64,000 nt of DNA. It comes from Styela clava (lineage: Eukaryota). Both the position numbers and the translations under genes were made by a program. The DNA lies in assembly GCF_964204865.1 (NCBI RefSeq), contig NC_135254.1:11408001-11472000 (forward strand). The letters run 5' to 3'. Numbering within the stretch: position 1 is the first letter of the stretch; every line of letters begins with the position of its first letter. Below, piece after piece: positions 57,260 through 64,000 of the stretch. The notes under the pieces were generated by a model that was not told the DNA's origin, ran no database searches, and was given only the letters and a program-made list of their open reading frames with translations.

Positions 57260-58277
57260 TGAACAATATTATCGGTAACAACATTTAAAGTGTGCCTTTT
57301 AAAGTTTACACCAGAAGAAAACGGCAGAAAATGCTAGTTCTATAAATAGAATCGAGTTGTATATCTGTCAGTAGAATGTAATAAGCCATTTCATGTATAG
57401 TATATTCACAGTTTTCTTTTCAACATTTATTTTCTTATTATTGCACGTTTACCAATTATGGTGTTAACATAGTGACTACCTCACATATGACTTTCACTTG
57501 TATTATATACATGTGTATGTTTGCAACCTCGTAATTATACTGCTTTGAATTGTGCCTTAAAATTAGTAGATCAAGCACTCCCGTTGTGTACATTCAAATA
57601 TTTGTTTTATTATGCTTATAAACTATACTAACCGGGTTATTTTAATGTATACCGCAAAATCTTTTCATTTTACAATTGATCTTTGTAATTGCTTCGTTCT
57701 AATAATTCTAAGTAACCATATGCTATCGTCGCTTTTTATTTAATATGAATCATACTGTTGGAGTATAATATTAACATGTACATTTGTTATATATATTCTT
57801 TGGTTGATTCCTAGGAAAATGATATACAAAATATGTGAAAGGTGCTAATCTTATTGTAGTCTTAAATATAGTACATATTTAGCTACAATGTGATATATCA
57901 TATCACCCATTTCATACATCCAATTGTGGTTCATACTACAATGGCTTGAAACTAGACTGCCCTGGGTCATAATTTTAGTTTATATTATAATGTAGTTGTG
58001 TACATTATGTTCTTCTGATTGTGACATACAATAGTTTGACTATCCCTTCCCTTAGTTTGCCATATATGTATAACTAGTAACCCAAAATTGCTCATCTTAC
58101 TTGCAATTTAGATACAAAGGATAGGAGGGCCTTGATCTAATATATATATTTATGTAGTATTATACTGTGTAATGAATTTAATGGGATCAATATTCTTTTA
58201 ATTAATGTGCAATAGTGATATAGACAAATTTGCTAATTGTTCAGAATCTCTAATAGTTTAAACCTCGTGTATGCAAT

Positions 58278-58866
58278 AAATTACTACAAGACAAAATATA
58301 TTTTGGGCTATCGTGATTTATTTTGACCCAGCCTTGTCAAAATTTATTTAATATCACATATCTATTTCAACTCGTAGTCATATTTGTCTATTTCTAAATT
58401 ATTTGTGAAGGGTTGCAATGCCAATCTGATTGTTTCCCATCTTAATACCTGTTCTGCGTAGTAATGTGTAAAAAATTACTACAAGACGAATTATATTTTG
58501 GGCTATCGTGATTTAATTTGACCCAGCCTTGTCAAAATTTATTTAATATCACATATATATTTATTTCAACTCATAGTCATATTTGTCTATTTCTAAATTA
58601 TTTGTGAAGGGTTGCAATGCCAATCTGATTGTTTCCCATCTTAATACCTGTTCTGCGTAGTAATGTCTAAAAAATTACTACAAGACAAAATATATTTTGG
58701 GCTATCGTGATTTATTTTGACCCAGCCTTGTCAAAATTTATTTAATATCACATATCTATTTCAACTCGTAGTCATATTTGTCTATTTCTAAATTATTTGT
58801 GAAGGGTTGCAATGCCAATCTGATTGTTTCCCATCTTAATAGCTGTTCTGCGTAGTAATGTGTAAA
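58278..58866. repeat. Tandem repeat, ~195-199 bp unit, 3 near-identical copies
   Basis: TTACTACAAGAC..GGGCTATCGTG..CTGCGTAGTAATG recurs at 58281, 58476 and 58675. Confidence 0.95.
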
Positions 58867-59834
58867 TCTTGCAGAAGTTCCATATGCATCCTGCTTTTTT
58901 TCTTCACCCTAATGAATTGAAAATGTAAAATTGTATTACTGTTATGCCTATAATTCATATCTCAATCTATGGTTTTCTTCACACAACACATTATTGTCAC
59001 TCATAGAACCTTCAATTTCCCTGTGATCTTATCCCTCATATTTTATCATGTGTAAGCGCAAAAGAAGATTCAGAACAGATTGAAAGTGTAAATTAATATA
59101 ATAAATAATAATAAATTTGGTATGGAATTCTTATTTTTTGCTCTTCTCTATTTGAAATTTATTTAAATAACTTCCTAATCCCGATTAGAAACTTTTCTCA
59201 TCTCTAATTAGATATCATTTTTTTACATAGTGTATATAGTTTTTTTTCCATATGTATATCCTGAGAGTGTAATATTACAGAACCTGTGTTATTAATTTAT
59301 TTATTCATGTGCTTGCTTTGGGTGGTAACCGACTCAGATGACTGTTAATGGTCGTATCGTTACCACCCTGTCATCTACCGAAACCTAATTTTTCTCATTT
59401 TGCTATCATATATATATTGTATGTGTTTTCTGGTTTGACGAAACAATAAAAAATTCTCTCGCTCTCTCTTTGCCGCCTAATATCATCGGAAATAGTTACA
59501 TACTTTGTTTCTGTTGTGCAACAAAAATTAGGTTCTCTGTGAATACTGTCGCAGACTTCATCCCACCCGTTTCGTACATGCCAGACAAAAATGATAGGGA
59601 CAAATATATAGAATAGCGAATGTAGACAATGCGTATCTAGTAGTATATATTTACAATCTAACTACCAATAAGGAATGTTAGAATTGTGGAATACACTTGC
59701 CATCTTACCATGATGACCCTGCGTTGATTCCACGTTTCGAATCATTATGTATTAAAGAAAACTCCTAAAAGTCGCGGGGTAGTTCACTATCACCCGTTTG
59801 TTTCCGCTATTCAAGTCCTTGCATTTGGAACAAT

Positions 59835-60172
59835 TGGCGCGGCGGTGTGGCTCAACGGGCTAAGCGTTAGGAATACGCTCGCCACCGCACCTCTAATTAC
59901 TCTGCGTGAGTTCGCAGGTTCGAATCCCATGCAGATATGGTTATGTGCGAGAGGATTGCTGGACTCCTCGCCGTCGTTGGGTGGTTCACGTAACCGCTGG
60001 TCGGTTACGGCTTCCTCCACCACCAAGTCCATGCTTCCGAAAAAACAAACAATATAACTAATCCCATACCCGACTTGGAATGGTAACCGGACGAGAGGCC
60101 GTGGTTCGCCATAGGGATAAGCCGTCTTATCGGCTTTCCTCTCCCCCGGGATAAATATGTAAATCCTATCCT
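59835..60172 (+). mobile_element. tRNA-derived SINE
   Basis: Pol III A-box TGGCTCAACGGG and B-box GGTTCGAATCC, GC-rich body, ATCCT-repeat tail, flanked by AACAAT direct repeats (59829-59834 and 60173-60178). Confidence 0.85.
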
Positions 60173-60425
60173 AACAATAAGCTAGTAGCTAATTCCATAT
60201 GTGACCGAACGAAATACTGTGATTCCGGATGTGATAAAGACGTTACATTTCCATTGTGGGAATACAATTCTATTCTTATACAAGTACAAAATTGTAATCA
60301 GTAGTGACATGCTGTAGGAGCAGTGTACCGTATATTGCTCAGATACCAAATAATTTGTGTAACACCTTTTCTATGTATCCTGGCCAATACAGGTGTCGCA
60401 TAAGGGGGTGACTGAAATATCTGGC

Positions 60426-61279
60426 TGTTCTTTGGTTCTTGAAAAACTATTCGAAAACGCGCAACTCTCAGTGTGTCCTCCAATGCCACAAATATCAAAT
60501 GTTGTACAATGAAATTTGATATATTGAATTAAATCCAGTAAAACAGTTCACAATGTTGAATGAGGTTAAAGAGGTGTAGCGTACTAATAACAGAATGATG
60601 CAATGTGTATGGTGATGTGTAGCGTAGCGGTTTTCTGAATTTAAATGAAAATATTCAAATACAGACCACAGAAAATAACAATAATGCATTAAAGCACTTG
60701 CAAACTTAATCATTAAACAATGTGACATTGTCTAGCTCTACTGACAGTATTTAATTAACATGAAATACTATATACTATTTAAATACCAATTAATTATTAT
60801 TATTTGGAATATTATTTGAACTAATAACAAGAATTCTTATCATAAACAACAAATACTAAAACTTACCGAAACGTTTTAAGCCAGGCGATAACAAATATTC
60901 AGAAATAACTTCAATTTCAGTTCAGGATTCAGAGAATCAATCAATCAAATTACAGTCTATTTATAACTTATATAATATTCTACAATAAAAGTTACAGCAG
61001 TTATATGTTCCAATAACATAAGCCTTGGGTATGGGCAATTATTATCCCTACAACCGGACGTTAAACGTAACTAATTTAACACATAAAAAGCAATCTATGC
61101 GAATATTAAGCAACGACTGCCGTCAAACACGGCAGCGAGTCACGTGAGAGCGAGGCAAGATTAGACTTGTCCAGCGAGAGTCGATTGCAACATATGTGGA
61201 CAGCTGGAATTTTCCATTTGTCGTTTCACTTTAGGGAAATCCCCATTGATAGAAGATAATGCCAATTTTCGAACTTACA
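60426..61279 (-). mobile_element. Probable 3' LTR of the BEL/Pao element
   Basis: Polypurine tract GGGGGGAG (minus strand, ~61283-61291) followed by TGTAAG. The candidate end ..CAAAGAACA is at 60426. The other LTR is outside the window, so the distal end is unconfirmed. Confidence 0.55.
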
Positions 61280-61485
61280 TAAACTCCCCCCAAATGTATG
61301 CATTGGGACAATAAATACATTTCCCTTAAAAACAAAAAGTTCAAAAATTGCAGAAAACGAAATTATGGTCAAATAATAAAAATTGACGAAATCTCAACTT
61401 GTATGTACATGTGCAATATTTTCAAGATTTCTCATCTTGAATAAACAGTCCATAAAAAGCTGTTTTAAACAGTTCAGTTCTTTCA

Positions 61486-64000
61486 TTACTTTTCTTCCAC
61501 ATTTGCTTCTTGAATGAGACATAACTTGTTGATTGGTCTTCTCAGTACTCCCCATTGAGTTTTGACATCTACATTACGAACTATGTCAAATCGATCCGGA
61601 TATGTGTTGACAATTCGTCCCATTTCCCATTTGCCCCTTGGTACACTGTTGTTTACCACAAGTACTATGTCCCCAACAGTGAAGTTTCTTGTCTTGTCCG
61701 GCCATTTTTGACGAATGGCTATGGTTGGCAAATATTCTTTGCAGAATCTCCTCCAGAACTCGTCAGCAAGAAGTTGAACTCGACGCCACTGTAGACGACT
61801 ATAGGAATCTTGATTATTGAATAATCCAGGTGAAATACATGGTGTTGGTTTTTGCAGAAGTAGATGATTTGGAGATAATGGTGCATTATCTCTTGGATCA
61901 AAAGAAACTGGACACAAAGGTCTTGAATTGATTATGTATTCTGCCTCCAGGAGTGCAGTATGCAGAACATCTTGAGATACAACAGGAGATTTGTAAAATA
62001 TCTTGTTCAAAATTCTTCTTATTGATCGAATTAAAATTTCCCAGGAACCTCCTTGGTTGCTGGCTGTTGGAGTATTGAAATACCAGCGGATTTCTTGTTT
62101 TTTGAAGAATCCATCTAATTTGGTATGATCGAGCTTATGCATTTCTTCTCGTAATATTCGTTCTGCTCCAACAAAATTAGTTCCATTGTCACTGTGCAAT
62201 TCAAAAGGTTTTGATCTTCTTGCCATAAACCTCCTAAGAGCATTTATGAAAGCATCAGTGGATAAATCTTCTGCCAGTTCAATATGTACAGCTCTTGTTG
62301 TGAGGCATGTAAATATGCAGCCATATCTTTTGATTTCACTTCTCCCACGTTTGATCAAATATGGGCCGAAGAAGTCGATTCCTGTTGAATAGAATGGTGG
62401 TTGACCAACCTTTAGACGAGCAGATGGCAGTTCAGCCATTAACTGTTCTCCTTGTCGTGTGTTAGCTTTTCTGCAGGTCACACATTTATTTAATTCATGC
62501 CGAATTGTTGCTCTCGGTCTTGTGATCCAGTATTTTTCACGAATAACATTCCAAGTATGAGAAACACTTGAATGTCCAACTTTCTTGTGATAGAAGTCAA
62601 TGATTAATCTGGTTAAGTGGTGATCATTTGGTAAAATGATGGGATGTCGCATTTCGAATGAAATAGGAGCTTTATCCAACCTCCCCCCAATCCGTAGAAT
62701 TCCATCAGTTATAATTGGATCTAGTTTTGCAATTGACTTTGTATGCTCAGCTTTCTTCATCTCGTGACGAGCCTTCCTGTCACCAATTTCACTTTTGTCT
62801 GATAAATTATCAATGACAGATTTGTAATTCTGCTGCTGAACATATTTCACAAGTGCTTGCTCTGCGTATTGCATTTCTTCCACAGTTATATTTCTTGTGG
62901 TAACAGAATTGTGGTTACGAAGGAAACTTTTATAGCGTAACACCCATGCAGTGGCAATCTTGAGCCTTTGTAAATCAGAAAAGCTTTTAATGAAGTTGTC
63001 AATTGTGTCAATATCCGAAGCAATAATTGTTGCCACTTTCTTTCTTTCAATTGGCTGAAATTCATCAGGCAGGTCCGTTTTATCTTCAGAATTTCTTGGC
63101 CAACTATCTTCGGTCTTCCATAAAAATTCAGGTGCAAGCAGCCAACGACTTTTATTGATGAGAGTTTTCAATGATAAGCCTCGTGATGCGTCATCAGCCG
63201 GATTGATTTTTGAAGGCACTTGTCGCCATTGAGACGGCTTTGACTGTCGATGAATCTTGGCCAATCTATTTGCAACGAAGGTACGAAAACGTTTTCTTGG
63301 ATTACATATGCTTTGACGCACTGCACTCGAATCAGTCCAAAATACGGACTCACAATCGGAATAATTCAACTTTAATCGTAGCCACTTATCTGCCTTTACA
63401 GCTAGCACAGCAGCAACAAGTTCTAGTCTAGGAATGCTTTCAGCCCTCGGAGGAGCCACCTTTGCTTTACCACATAAAAATGAGCAGTGTATTTGATTAT
63501 TTTCATCGACCAGCCTCAAATACGAAACTACACCATAACCGAAGCTAGAAGCATCTGAAAAATGGTGTATCTCACAATGTTTGATATTTCCAAATTCTTG
63601 TGGCTTGAAACATCTTGGAATCGAAATATATTCAAGATCAGTGAGCTGTTTGAACCAAGTGTCCCAGTCTTTAATATTGTCTTCTGTAATTACTTCATCC
63701 CAGCCGAAACCTTTTTCGATGATTTCTTGTTGCAACATTTTTGCTACCAGAATCACGGGAGCGAGCATTCCCAGGGGATCAAATAGTGAATTAACTGCAG
63801 ATAAAATTGTCCTTCTTGTATATGTCTTCAACTTAGGTACAGTTGAACGAAATTGAAAAGCATCGGCATCTACATTCCAGAAAACTCCAAGAACACGCTC
63901 TTTTCGAGGTTCATGCAAATCCAACTCTTTCACAGATTTGGTATGTTCAGATTCTGGGATATTGGCCATCACAGTGGAACTATTTGAAATCCACTTCGTT
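61486..64000 (-). mobile_element. BEL/Pao LTR retrotransposon pol (end of RT, RNase H, integrase, C-terminal DUF5641-like region); truncated by the window edge
   Basis: KWISNS, LFDPLG, EIHHFSDASSFGYG, SIPRLELVAA, FWTDS, NPADDASRG, zinc finger H..GH..C..C, integrase GIDFFGP / SDNGTNF / GGSWE, and PRGKWEMGRI. The ORF is uninterrupted. Confidence 0.96.

Noticed and set aside
59835-59930. tRNA gene
   Set aside because: A and B boxes are present but there is no convincing cloverleaf. It continues into a SINE body with a tail and TSD.

Overview
AT-rich, intron-containing animal genomic DNA. It is invertebrate-like; an ascidian/tunicate origin is my guess from composition, short introns and repeat style, and is not proven. 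The first ~26 kb has no recognisable protein gene. It does carry scattered plus-strand splice signals, a cluster of bZIP/E-box motifs and several non-autonomous transposons. From 26.5 to 52.4 kb lie four co-oriented minus-strand genes: (1) a multi-exon TPPP/p25-alpha gene that can be spliced in frame to an upstream MGSCCS dual-acylation N-terminus; (2) a 12-exon WW+PIN SWT1 endoribonuclease; (3) a single-exon TPR-like protein; (4) an intronless IRE1 with a ~350-aa C-terminal extension. Between IRE1 and the TPR gene is a 21-bp minisatellite made of back-to-back splice signals on the sense strand. Upstream of IRE1 are a fossil LINE zinc-knuckle fragment, a UPRE-like motif, a perfect palindrome, a ~197-bp tandem repeat, a tRNA-derived SINE and the 3' part of a BEL/Pao LTR retrotransposon. 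All exon models were assembled by hand from GT-AG sites and phase continuity and need RNA-seq confirmation.
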